A stretch of DNA of 49,503 nucleotides, taken from IMG/VR virus record IMGVR_UViG_3300006100_000010; one strand, 5' to 3'. Numbering within the stretch: the stretch's first letter is position 1; each line of letters begins with the position of its first letter. This document shows, in pieces, positions 1 through 9,632 of the stretch. The stretch comes from a virus (lineage: Duplodnaviria > Heunggongvirae > Uroviricota > Caudoviricetes). Position numbers and translations under genes: made by a program. The notes below the pieces were generated by a model. It searched no databases, was not told the origin of the DNA, and saw nothing but the letters and a program-made list of their open reading frames with translations.

Positions 1-1
1 G

Positions 2-313
2 AGATCAGAAGAGAAACTGGGTTCTGAGATTGATCAGGCATTCTATGAGTATGGTCCATATCTCACAAGGGACTGGAGAAGAGAAGATCTTAACTCTCTC
101 ACCGACATCAAGTTCAAATCACTAAATTGGCACGAAAATAAGTTCGTATTCATCCATAAGTTTACAAAGCAATTGGAGGATGCCAGCCTAAATAGAGCGG
201 TGTGTCTTTGCGAAAAGTGCAAGACCGTAACTGAGAGCGCCATTTTTTTGGGAGGAAGCTTCACTGTCAAAGATATTTTCATTATTTCAGCTGGACTTGA
301 TGAACTTATTTGA
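2..313 (+). CDS. 5'-partial protein, probable baseplate hub assembly protein (T4 gp26-like)
   Basis: Open frame from base 2 to TGA 311-313 (not in ORF track) with C-terminal CLCEKCK motif, directly upstream of a gp51-like ORF; the family call rests on motif and synteny only. Confidence 0.45.
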   Translation, partial: RSEEKLGSEIDQAFYEYGPYLTRDWRREDLNSLTDIKFKSLNWHENKFVFIHKFTKQLEDASLNRAVCLCEKCKTVTESAIFLGGSFTVKDIFIISAGLDELI

Positions 314-509
314 GCTTAATGCTCGGATGGCGGTGAAGCTTGGACAATCGTTCGATACGCTGTACAATCTTGAATACATGGAGTATTCTTACCTATTCAA
401 CATTATTAAAAAGGACCTTGAAGAGAAGCTAGAGGATAAGCCCTCAATAGAGTCTATGCCAAGCTCTCCTATTGCTGTGAATCTTCCACCGCACCTAAAG
501 CTAAAATAA
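297..509 (+). CDS. Baseplate hub assembly catalyst-like small protein (T4 gp51-like)
   Basis: 70 aa with 'SFDTLYNLEYMEYSYLFNII' pattern resembling gp51-family proteins; overlaps the upstream gp26-like ORF. Confidence 0.45.
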   Translation: MMNLFELNARMAVKLGQSFDTLYNLEYMEYSYLFNIIKKDLEEKLEDKPSIESMPSSPIAVNLPPHLKLK

Positions 510-512
510 ATA
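505..512 (+). promoter_or_regulatory. Late promoter-like motif RATAAATA (representative copy)
   Basis: AATAAATA/GATAAATA, resembling the T4 late TATAAATA, precedes many genes: + strand 505, 5246, 9608, 12980, 14846, 15348, 21052, 23623, 48258; - strand 36509, 42053, 42286, 42900, 43499, 44221, 44982, 46130, 47612. Confidence 0.7.
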
Positions 513-531
513 ACAAAAAGATTAGTGTTTA

Positions 532-2157
532 GTGGGCGATAAACTTAAAAAATTCATAGACCTATTTGCTAAGGAAGCTGCAAATAGAGTAGAAATAGCT
601 TCGACTAATCTTGAAACCTACAAGAAGGCTAAGGCCGAAGCTTTGAAATTTACTACTCCAGTAAACGCGACTTACCCTACTCTTGGAAGCCTAATCAAAG
701 ATCTTTTTCCTGAAGCCGGCGGTGTTGATAATTCATTATTCCGCGATTTATACACAAGTCTTTTGCTAGACAAAGAAGACAAGTCAGCTGTTTCTTCTCT
801 TTTTAAAATTAAGGACGCTCCGATTCAATATAAGAACGAACTTGCTATTCAAAACCTAGGTGGAGAAGCCTACTTTAATTCTGTGATGAGATCAATAGGC
901 TCAGAACTCATCAAAGCAGACCTGAAATTTGATAAGTTAGTTGAGTCAGTAAAAGTGGGCAAACCGGATGGCGATCTTGCTGAATTTATAGAAGATGCAA
1001 TTGGAAAGTCTGGAGGTCACTATCTTGGCAAAATATTAAACTCTGCTGAGTTTTACGATGCTTTACTTGAAAATGGAGATCCAGTTGGTAAAAAGGAAGC
1101 TAAACCTACAAGTCCAGTAAATCAACCGATTGAACAGGTCAAAGAAAAAACAAAGGCTCCAATAAATGAATTTGAGCCTGTGGCCAAGCCGATAACTCAA
1201 AGTTCTGCAGTCAATCCTGAAAAAGGGGAAACCTCAAATCAAACTGAAGTTTCGACATTGACCGGCTCAGTAACAACTACGCCAGTTAAATTACCTACTG
1301 AATCGACTGTGCCTGAGTCTGGGACAACAGTCAATCTAAACCTTGAATCTAAAGAAACTCCAGCAATATCCTCTCCAATCAATACAAGTCAATCGAATGT
1401 TTCAAATGTTGTAAACAATAGCTCTACGATTACCTCAAATGCATTGAACTCAATCAAAAATGTAGAAGGCAATACGACAAAAGAGAACACTGAATCGGCT
1501 ACTACAAATAATTCGATTAACTCTAAGTCAGAGTCAAGTGATAAGCAATCATATAGGGAAATTAGAGACGCTATGGCTTACCTTGAAAAGATAACCAAGA
1601 CCTCAACGACCAATAACACATTAAACTCAAAAACAAACAAAAAAGAAAAGTCAGTTGAAAAAGTCTCAGCAAATACGGAGACATCTCCGATCAATGAAGA
1701 AAGCAAAGAGAGTGAGGAGTTAGTTGATTCTAATGAATTGGCGCAAGCCAAGTTTGATGCTCTAACCAATTATGTAAATCAATATGATAAAATGAACAAA
1801 GAAGAGTCAACTGAAGTTAAGTCAGAGGCTATACCGACCCTTCAACCTAAATCAAAGGATATGACTGAAGTGGTAAAGACAGCACCAAGCATTCCAAATA
1901 AACCCGCATCTCAAATTAAAGAAAAAGAGAGCACAACCTCACTAAATACTTCAGAAACATCAAATAATACTGGAGTATCTATGGTAGAGAAAAATACAGA
2001 GTCCAGATCAACGGTTACCGATAAGGTAACAGAAAGCAGTAATTCGACTGCTGCGCCTCAATCTATAAACATTGATATGAGCGAGGTCGCGCATAGATTG
2101 GCCAGATTAGAACATGTATTGACTGGAACACTTGAAGTAAAAATAGTAGAATCATGA
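532..2157 (+). CDS. Hypothetical virion protein with long Ser/Thr/Asn-rich low-complexity region
   Basis: 541 aa ORF (GTG start) behind a late motif in the baseplate gene neighbourhood. Confidence 0.6.
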   Translation: MGDKLKKFIDLFAKEAANRVEIASTNLETYKKAKAEALKFTTPVNATYPTLGSLIKDLFPEAGGVDNSLFRDLYTSLLLDKEDKSAVSSLFKIKDAPIQYKNELAIQNLGGEAYFNSVMRSIGSELIKADLKFDKLVESVKVGKPDGDLAEFIEDAIGKSGGHYLGKILNSAEFYDALLENGDPVGKKEAKPTSPVNQPIEQVKEKTKAPINEFEPVAKPITQSSAVNPEKGETSNQTEVSTLTGSVTTTPVKLPTESTVPESGTTVNLNLESKETPAISSPINTSQSNVSNVVNNSSTITSNALNSIKNVEGNTTKENTESATTNNSINSKSESSDKQSYREIRDAMAYLEKITKTSTTNNTLNSKTNKKEKSVEKVSANTETSPINEESKESEELVDSNELAQAKFDALTNYVNQYDKMNKEESTEVKSEAIPTLQPKSKDMTEVVKTAPSIPNKPASQIKEKESTTSLNTSETSNNTGVSMVEKNTESRSTVTDKVTESSNSTAAPQSINIDMSEVAHRLARLEHVLTGTLEVKIVES

Positions 2158-2405
2158 TAACCACAACTGAAAAACAAAACATCGTTAATATTTACAAAAA
2201 ATACGGTGTAATACACGATAAGCTGACTGAATTGTCAAATGCTGCTGCGTCAATTGAAATGGCACGGACGAAGTTGAGTCAGGAACTTGAGGATATTCGA
2301 AACAGTGAACGTGAGTTAATAAATAAAATAGAGAAAGAGTCTGGTATAAAGCTAGGCCAAGCTGAACTTCTTGAAATAATTAAATATGATGGAAACGAAG
2401 GATAA
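2154..2405 (+). CDS. Hypothetical coiled-coil protein
   Basis: 83 aa, overlaps both neighbours in operon fashion. Confidence 0.6.
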   Translation: MITTTEKQNIVNIYKKYGVIHDKLTELSNAAASIEMARTKLSQELEDIRNSERELINKIEKESGIKLGQAELLEIIKYDGNEG

Positions 2406-3183
2406 ATTTTATCTAGCCTTTATCGGAATCCTTATAGTAATTCTTCTTTGGCTTTCATGGAGGGTCGAAGCGGTAAAGTCTGCTGGTGCAAGCCAAGCCG
2501 ATGAACTTAAGAGATCAATTATCGCATCCGACTCGCTAGTCAAAGAAGCAAACGGTCGATACGCTAAACTTGAAGACTATTATAAAAGCGAGAGGGATCT
2601 AACTCTTGAACTTAAGAATTCAAATAGAGACTTGTACAATACTATTATGAGTCAGGGTGAGAGAATACTCAACCTAACTTCTTCTGTCATATCTCTAAAG
2701 GGAGAAGTATCTAATGGATTCGGTAAATTCAACCCGGCAGATTCAAGCCAAATCGGATTAGCTCTTAAATATCCAGAAGAAAAGGACCCATTCATAAAGT
2801 GGGACGGATTCATCAATAAAAACACGGCTAGCTATCGAGGCAATTGGTCTTTTGGTAAGCTGCCTATACAAATAGTGGTCACTGAAGACAAGAGAGGACT
2901 TTGGAAAAACCGAATAGTTGGGCCAGACTGGTTAATAATTGATTCTTTACAAGTTAATAGTTTACCTCCAGATAAGTATGTTCCAGAAGTAGAGAAAAAA
3001 ATTGAATTTATATTGGGAGCAAGCTACTCTAAGCCTATTTTCACTAGGGATCTAGGAACTCTTGGAATTGCTGGTGGAATCTCAATACTAAGTCAGCACA
3101 ATCTCATGCTTACTCTAAATACTAGAGAAGAAGTTGGACTTGCTTACTACTATAAGTTTAAATCAATCAAGAAGAATAAATGA
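2386..3183 (+). CDS. Membrane-anchored protein (N-terminal TM helix, coiled coil, beta-rich C-terminus)
   Basis: Hydrophobic FYLAFIGILIVILLWLSW segment followed by heptad-rich region. Confidence 0.6.
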   Translation: MMETKDKFYLAFIGILIVILLWLSWRVEAVKSAGASQADELKRSIIASDSLVKEANGRYAKLEDYYKSERDLTLELKNSNRDLYNTIMSQGERILNLTSSVISLKGEVSNGFGKFNPADSSQIGLALKYPEEKDPFIKWDGFINKNTASYRGNWSFGKLPIQIVVTEDKRGLWKNRIVGPDWLIIDSLQVNSLPPDKYVPEVEKKIEFILGASYSKPIFTRDLGTLGIAGGISILSQHNLMLTLNTREEVGLAYYYKFKSIKKNK

Positions 3184-5234
3184 GGACTAGCCGTTTTGTA
3201 AGCCTTACTCCGTATTGTGTGGTCGAATACATGTTTGACCAGTTAAACTCTACTGACTTTTATACAGATAACTTTACGTTATTGAAAAATAGTTATACTA
3301 ATACACATCAAATATTTAATGATGAGGCTTCGTATAACACAACAAAGAATATACAGGGACTTAGCGCTACTGGATTAGGAAACAATACATACGTCTATTT
3401 AGATTACGAGAAGATCCCTAATTATCTGCAATACGATAGTACAAATATCGTATCAGTACCAATTAACGGTCATGATGTTGTAATGGACCAAGTCCGTTTT
3501 CACTTTGTTTCAGGCTTTAGTTTTGATAACTTCAAAGCCCTAATACTTACTGTTAAAAATCCAGAAAACGACGGAAAAGAAAATATCTTTGCAAATATTC
3601 TTCTTTCCCCAATCACGTTGCCGCTAATGATGACGTTTAATCCCAAGCCTTTGTTTTTGGGAAATGCATTATATGACAGATACATTGACATCTTTGTTCC
3701 TTCAATCAAGAATGTAAACGAAGATTACCAAATAGCTCTAAACCAGTCAACGACCTTTGCTGCTGCAATAACGCCAACTGATACTGGATATTCAGGATTC
3801 ATTAACAATAGTCCAATACTTATTGGTTTGTCCGAGTGCGGAACGTCTAGCACTCTATACACAAATATCGGTCAGACCTACCAAACTTATGGAGTGACTG
3901 AGTATTTTGAAGCATCCGTTTCGCAAAGCAACGAGTTTGATGGAGTCGGAGCCTACATAAATGAAGCATCTGATGGAGACTATATTGATTTCTACCTAAC
4001 ATTTAATGGAGGCTTTCCTGAGGACCTAATCTCTATTCTAAATTCAAGAAATCCTTCTGCTGATTGGATAATCGTGCATCAGCTTAGCGTGTTTGAGCAA
4101 GTAGGAACAGATTTTATTAATACTTCAAGGTTTGCCTTTTTTCAAGAGAGCGCGTTTGATGCACCTAATGTATTTAGGCCTGTTCTTACGTATGCGAACG
4201 AAGCAGTCAGCATGTCAATTGACTATATTGCTAGGCTTACCAATAGACAGAATGGCGAGCAAATCATTCGTGAAGGATCATTTACCCTAACTTCTCCAAA
4301 AAAATACGGAAGAAGCCTCGTTACAATGCCTTTACTTGATAAGCCGCAGTCACATAAGATCTACAATAAGCTTATACAAAATAGCTATGAAGCAACCAAG
4401 TTGTTTATTGAGCCTGCACTACCTAGCGCATTTAATCTGACTTCAACTACGACAACTGGTCAATCGACTATCACTAAGTACGTGCCAATCTTTTTTAATA
4501 ACAATAATATTTCAATTTCACACGCAAGTTCTCTAATCAAGACAAGCGATAAGACAGACGAAGTAGTGTTTGGTCCTGGTCAACTCAGATTTGTGCTTTC
4601 ACCTTTTGACAATGTCATAAAGCTTAAAGTTTTTACTTCAAGCACATCGTCTAGCACAACGACTCTTACTCCGCTAGATCTAAACATCAATTCATCAACC
4701 TTTAAACTTGTGTTTGACACAGATAATGGAAAGATCTCTACCCTAAATGCAAACGATTCCCAATTGGAGAATCTATCAACTGGTGTAATTGTCTTTAAAG
4801 TATCAAAGGCAGACAGTTCGACTATTGTAAAATCAATGAGTCAAACAGTATACCTAGTCTCGGTTGCACCAGATGGAACCGAGACTCTGATGTACACCGG
4901 CGAATGGAGAAACACAAGTCAACAGTCTGATGTCGATGCTGCGATAACTGCAGCAAGAGACGCAGCAAACACTGCACAAAACACGCAAACTGCACTAAAC
5001 CAAATAATTCAAAAGGTTACGGCAAACGAAGAAACTTTGGCCACTAAACAGCTATTGGATTCTAATAAATTAACACTCAAACCAATCGCACCGGCATCAA
5101 TCGTTAATAAGTTTGGAGTTACTGCCGCGAAAGGAATACAACCGACTTCATCAACCGTTAAAGATACTGGAAGTACTACCACTAGTCAAGAGACAACAAC
5201 CTCTAACAAGGTTGGAGTTACAACAGCTATTTAA
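3180..5234 (+). CDS. Hypothetical large structural protein
   Basis: 684 aa beta-rich ORF in the late cluster; no recognisable catalytic motif. Confidence 0.6.
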   Translation: MRTSRFVSLTPYCVVEYMFDQLNSTDFYTDNFTLLKNSYTNTHQIFNDEASYNTTKNIQGLSATGLGNNTYVYLDYEKIPNYLQYDSTNIVSVPINGHDVVMDQVRFHFVSGFSFDNFKALILTVKNPENDGKENIFANILLSPITLPLMMTFNPKPLFLGNALYDRYIDIFVPSIKNVNEDYQIALNQSTTFAAAITPTDTGYSGFINNSPILIGLSECGTSSTLYTNIGQTYQTYGVTEYFEASVSQSNEFDGVGAYINEASDGDYIDFYLTFNGGFPEDLISILNSRNPSADWIIVHQLSVFEQVGTDFINTSRFAFFQESAFDAPNVFRPVLTYANEAVSMSIDYIARLTNRQNGEQIIREGSFTLTSPKKYGRSLVTMPLLDKPQSHKIYNKLIQNSYEATKLFIEPALPSAFNLTSTTTTGQSTITKYVPIFFNNNNISISHASSLIKTSDKTDEVVFGPGQLRFVLSPFDNVIKLKVFTSSTSSSTTTLTPLDLNINSSTFKLVFDTDNGKISTLNANDSQLENLSTGVIVFKVSKADSSTIVKSMSQTVYLVSVAPDGTETLMYTGEWRNTSQQSDVDAAITAARDAANTAQNTQTALNQIIQKVTANEETLATKQLLDSNKLTLKPIAPASIVNKFGVTAAKGIQPTSSTVKDTGSTTTSQETTTSNKVGVTTAI

Positions 5235-5275
5235 TAGGGCATAGAGATAAATAAAATAAAAATAAGCACTGCAAA

Positions 5276-6874
5276 ATGACAAACTTTGTTCATTCAGTTC
5301 TATCTGAACTTACAAAAAATACTAGCTTAAACTCTGAGCCACTGGTGCAGATGCTAGTGGAATCAACTAATAAATCAATATCTTTGGGTGAAAGCTCAGA
5401 GAAAATTTATAAGAGCCTAAAAAGTGGACTTACTACAGTAAACCATGCGCTTAAAAATCCTTTACTTGAGAATCTTATTTCTCAATTTGAAAAGAATGAA
5501 GTGACTCCAGAATCAAAACTTGCTTCACTTGCAAAGGAAGTAAATATTGGATCTAGTCTCTCTGCAATAAAATTATCAAAGGCGTATGCAAACCCAATAA
5601 TAAAGACTCAAGTTGATATGTTTGAATCTACAATTGCAAAGGGAGCTCCAGATTTTGGAATGAGTCCAAACTTTGTTAAGGCATTTGAAGTATATTCATA
5701 TGAACCTGCAGTAAAGAAGGAAGTAAATCGAGTTAAGGCTTACATGATCACTAACGAAGCTAAATTAAACATGCTTCACACAATATTCACATTTGAATCA
5801 TTTGGATCTCCAATATATGCAGGAGTAGTTTCTGATCTTAAAGACATGTTGATCAACGAAAGTTATACTGCAGACATCCTTAAGATAAAATACGGTAATT
5901 CAATTGGTCTAGTTAACGATTTGATCAATGCACTTCGTATTGTTGAATCAAGAGAGTCTAACGGTTTTACTTTAGGTGAAGGAAATGGTGACACTCGAGT
6001 AAGTAACTTAATTGCTCCAACTATAAAGATCGAAGAAGGAATGCTTCTCTATGCAGACAACAGATTTATTGCAATTCGTGAAGCCAAAGGATTGACTGGA
6101 AACGAATCTAAAGTATGTGTGGACGAATCTATTAAGATCACCGAAATGCAACCAGACTTTGTAAAATCAACTCAACCTCAATTTTACGCATTCTGTGAGG
6201 CACTAGCAACGCTAGGATTCGCAAAAACAGGTGACGGAATGGGAGTTGAATCTTCAGCAATTCGTAACTTTAAATTAGGATTCAAGATGAATGAAGGTAA
6301 AGACTTTGATCTATACCTTAATGACACTAAGATGGATTCACTAGATTCAGTAAACGTTTCTGAAGCAGTAGCCCTTCAATCGGTTGCAATAAAAGAGAGA
6401 CTTAATCTAATTCTTGAAAACGTAGAGACTCTATGTAATCTTGAGTTCATCAAAGAAGTAACAAACGACCGTCTCCTAAAAGAAGCTCTTGTTCTTAACA
6501 TAAACGAAGAATTTTTTGTTTGTGAAAAAGTAAACGCAGCAGACAGAAAGTGGTCAAAGGTTGATGAGTTCAAACTCTTTGAATTATTCAAATCTAATTT
6601 TAATTACGACATAAGCAATATATTTAAAACTAAGATCGAAGAAGGTTTTGCTGAGATCAAGAAAATCGAAGAGCAAAAGAAATCAATTGAACTTAGCATC
6701 TCTAAACTTGAACCATCTATCGCTAAAATATCAGAAGCATGCAAAGTAGCTGGATTGGATCCAACTGAAGTAAGCAAACTTGAAATGATCAAGGAAGAAC
6801 TTGAAAATAAAGTTAACGAGCTAAAGAAGAACTATATCGCTTTGGACATTTATAAAAAAAAAGAATTAGTCTAA
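5276..6874 (+). CDS. Hypothetical late protein (possibly extended by -1 frameshift to 7119)
   Basis: 532 aa after GATAAATA; ends just past an A9 run that opens an 87-codon -1 frame. Confidence 0.65.
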   Translation: MTNFVHSVLSELTKNTSLNSEPLVQMLVESTNKSISLGESSEKIYKSLKSGLTTVNHALKNPLLENLISQFEKNEVTPESKLASLAKEVNIGSSLSAIKLSKAYANPIIKTQVDMFESTIAKGAPDFGMSPNFVKAFEVYSYEPAVKKEVNRVKAYMITNEAKLNMLHTIFTFESFGSPIYAGVVSDLKDMLINESYTADILKIKYGNSIGLVNDLINALRIVESRESNGFTLGEGNGDTRVSNLIAPTIKIEEGMLLYADNRFIAIREAKGLTGNESKVCVDESIKITEMQPDFVKSTQPQFYAFCEALATLGFAKTGDGMGVESSAIRNFKLGFKMNEGKDFDLYLNDTKMDSLDSVNVSEAVALQSVAIKERLNLILENVETLCNLEFIKEVTNDRLLKEALVLNINEEFFVCEKVNAADRKWSKVDEFKLFELFKSNFNYDISNIFKTKIEEGFAEIKKIEEQKKSIELSISKLEPSIAKISEACKVAGLDPTEVSKLEMIKEELENKVNELKKNYIALDIYKKKELV

Positions 6875-7120
6875 ACGAAGAGATCGAAATCCACTCTAGA
6901 AAGAATAAGTATCGAGTAGGAGAGACAGTAGAAGCTGGAGAGAGATTGGGAACGGTGACTGCGATCAATGGATCAACTGGAATTTATCTAGTGATGATAG
7001 GATCAAAAAACATACCATTTAAGGAATCACAACTAAAGAAACCGGCGGCAAAGTCAAAGAAGAAAGATACAGCAATGAAGAGAAATAAGATGCCTGCAGA
7101 AAGGGAATCTAAATTATAAG

Positions 7121-7146
7121 AAAAAGGGAGCAAATGCTCCCTTTTT
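7121..7146 (+). terminator. Rho-independent terminator (possibly bidirectional)
   Basis: AAAAAGGGAGC-AAAT-GCTCCCTTTTT. Confidence 0.85.
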
Positions 7147-7223
7147 AATTTTATGAAGTCTTTTAGTATAGTATAAGCGAGAACTGACGGCTTTCCCCAT
7201 AGTATAACTATAAAACACATAAA

Positions 7224-8027
7224 ATGGATACAAGAATAGACTTTAATACTGCTAAGAAGTTTGACCAGCTCGAACTAGTAGATTGGAAAACTCGATATGC
7301 AGATTTTAAGTTCTACGTAAGAAAGGGCCTACAGGAAGTCAAGTACAACATCGGAACGAATGTTACCAAGAGCCCAAATAGCGGAGAATACATCAAGCCA
7401 CTCACTTCTGCAGCATACGGACCTGCAATGAACGTCAATGAGGTATTCAACCAAGACGATATCTGGTTAGATATTGGCGGACACATCGGATGTTTTGCAA
7501 TAAGAATGGCAAAGCAATTTCCTAAGATCCAAAAAGTTGTTTCATATGAAGCTCTACCGCACAACGTCTCTTTTGCCTTGGAGAATATTGCAATCAATGA
7601 TGTGAAAGGCACATGCGAATATGTACAGAAAGCGATTGTTCCCGGAAATGATAAAGACATTAGCTTCTTTATCTCAAGTGATTCAGGCAAACACTCTATC
7701 CTTCCAATAAACGGCAGGGACACTATAATCGTACCGGCGATCAACATCAATGAAGCAATCAAGCAACATGGTGCAACTGCGATCAAAATGGATGTGGAAG
7801 GAGCAGAATACGACCTAATCAAGGCAGTGACTGACTGGTCAAAAATAAGAGTCGTTATTGTTGAATACCACTTCATGTACAAGCCGCTCAAGGCAAATAG
7901 AGTACAGAAGTTCCAAGAGATCATGGAAATAATCAGTGCAAATTTCGATACCGTTCGTAAGATCGAAAGCGTTGAATACGGCAAGAACTTCATTACTCAC
8001 TTTGTTGGAATCAAGACCGGTGCATAA
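7224..8027 (+). CDS. FkbM-family SAM-dependent methyltransferase
   Basis: WLDIGGHIGCF motif I, YEALPHN motif II, IKMDVEGAEY. Confidence 0.85.
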   Translation: MDTRIDFNTAKKFDQLELVDWKTRYADFKFYVRKGLQEVKYNIGTNVTKSPNSGEYIKPLTSAAYGPAMNVNEVFNQDDIWLDIGGHIGCFAIRMAKQFPKIQKVVSYEALPHNVSFALENIAINDVKGTCEYVQKAIVPGNDKDISFFISSDSGKHSILPINGRDTIIVPAININEAIKQHGATAIKMDVEGAEYDLIKAVTDWSKIRVVIVEYHFMYKPLKANRVQKFQEIMEIISANFDTVRKIESVEYGKNFITHFVGIKTGA

Positions 8028-8466
8028 TAGTCCATACAATTTACTACAAGAAATCTATCGTAAGCATCCCTGGAGGATGCTCATCTGCTGTATAATGCTT
8101 AACTGTACTTCAAGAAAGCAGGTGGATCAGGTTCGAGAAGAATTTTTTAAGCGCTATCCGGATGCACTTGAAGCTGAGATGGCAGATCCTGAAGAAATGG
8201 CAGAGCTAATTGCCCCGCTTGGATTTAAAAACCGAAGAACTAGCACAATAATCAGGTTCTCACACGACTGGGTCAATTTAGATTGGGAAGAGCCTAGTGA
8301 GTTATATGGAATAGGCAAGTACGGACAGGATTCATGGGAGATATTCCAGAAAGGCAATCTAAACGTTGAGCCGACTGACGGAGTTCTTAATACTTATCTT
8401 GATTGGGCAAAAACCCAAGTCAACGAACCCAGTATAACAAATTATGTTTCCGAATCTAACAAATAG
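8020..8466 (+). CDS. HhH-GPD DNA glycosylase, MBD4-like
   Basis: PWRMLICCIMLNCTS and helix-hairpin-helix LYGIGKYGQDSW; the likely start is GTG 8020 rather than 7936. Confidence 0.8.
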   Translation: MHNSPYNLLQEIYRKHPWRMLICCIMLNCTSRKQVDQVREEFFKRYPDALEAEMADPEEMAELIAPLGFKNRRTSTIIRFSHDWVNLDWEEPSELYGIGKYGQDSWEIFQKGNLNVEPTDGVLNTYLDWAKTQVNEPSITNYVSESNK

Positions 8467-8529
8467 CACTAAGCAAGCAACCGTTATCACTCTTGCTATA
8501 GTGATAACCATCTTATCACTTCTAATATT

Positions 8530-9612
8530 TTGTCTTATATGAAAGGACTTTATGCATACTTTGGTCTGCTTGACCTGCACACAATTGACTCTCCTGGACA
8601 CTCATTCTATCAATTGGGTCTAATGGACTCAATCTGCCAAGAATTTGGGATCAATGGACTCGATTTCTTTTCCTATTATCCGGAGAATGAAATAAAGTCT
8701 ACTGAATACCATAACTATCCGGATACTCAGCTTGGCAAGCTATTTACTGAGTATCTAGCGCAAATTGTTGAAAAAAAAGAAATGGATCTTGAAGCCGTGG
8801 TGAAAGCCATAGCAAAAAAGGAATATAAAAAGCTGTTTCTTAAGGCTAGATTTAGAAATCTTTCTACTCTCACTAAAAAATGGAAAGATGCTAGCTATTT
8901 TGAAGAGATTATCGATACTGCAATTCATTCAGGGTACGCAAAAGAAGACATTATTATACTGGACACCGATCTTTCTCTTTCTGACTCTTTTGTCAAAGAG
9001 TATGAATCTCGAGTGACCATTAAAATACCGTCTATTGATTTTCCAGGAATATCGATGTCTTTCCTAGACAAGTGCATAGAAATTCGTAAGGCTGAAAAAA
9101 GCAAAGAGTTTGGTCCAGTTTTCTATGGAAATATTGATACTACGAACTACAAGAGTGGAAATGCAAAGAGTGAAATGCTCGGCGACGTCCTTACTTACTT
9201 TAAAAATAACGCTAGATTTGTCGAAGAACCGTTTACAATAATAAGTAAAGGTTCAGATATTAAATCCATCGATGAATCAGTCCACACAATCGACCGCAGA
9301 AATCGTCACTTGATCTGGGACGAGCTTGAAAGAAAGTCAATCATGCTCAATGTCACCAAGGCAAAATACGCAGAGAGAAAATTCATTCCGGCCAGGATAT
9401 ACGAAGCACTGATCTTTGGCATGATCCCAGTATCTTATGACTTTGAATTTCTAAGCAACACATTCTCATTCAGCACAATGGCAGATCTCAATGAGATTAT
9501 TCGTTACCTAAAGGAGTGTTCGCAAGAAGACTTGACCAAAGCCTATCTGCATTTCGTCAATCAATACAAGGAATATGAGGCAAGCCGAATTTTAAGTATC
9601 ACAACTAAATAA
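8530..9612 (+). CDS. Putative GT-B glycosyltransferase
   Basis: C-terminal FIPARIYEALIFGMIP resembles the 'RxxEAxxxG' nucleotide-sugar-binding motif; FYGN motif upstream. Confidence 0.5.
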   Translation: MSYMKGLYAYFGLLDLHTIDSPGHSFYQLGLMDSICQEFGINGLDFFSYYPENEIKSTEYHNYPDTQLGKLFTEYLAQIVEKKEMDLEAVVKAIAKKEYKKLFLKARFRNLSTLTKKWKDASYFEEIIDTAIHSGYAKEDIIILDTDLSLSDSFVKEYESRVTIKIPSIDFPGISMSFLDKCIEIRKAEKSKEFGPVFYGNIDTTNYKSGNAKSEMLGDVLTYFKNNARFVEEPFTIISKGSDIKSIDESVHTIDRRNRHLIWDELERKSIMLNVTKAKYAERKFIPARIYEALIFGMIPVSYDFEFLSNTFSFSTMADLNEIIRYLKECSQEDLTKAYLHFVNQYKEYEASRILSITTK

Positions 9613-9632
9613 ATAATAAGAAAGACTACTAA

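Noticed and set aside
7313-7993. 226-aa antisense ORF over the methyltransferase
   Set aside because: Codon-mirror shadow of the real gene with no motif or promoter; the same applies to most short antisense ORFs in the track (e.g. 43-282, 9926-10717, 35699-36244, 44919-45348).
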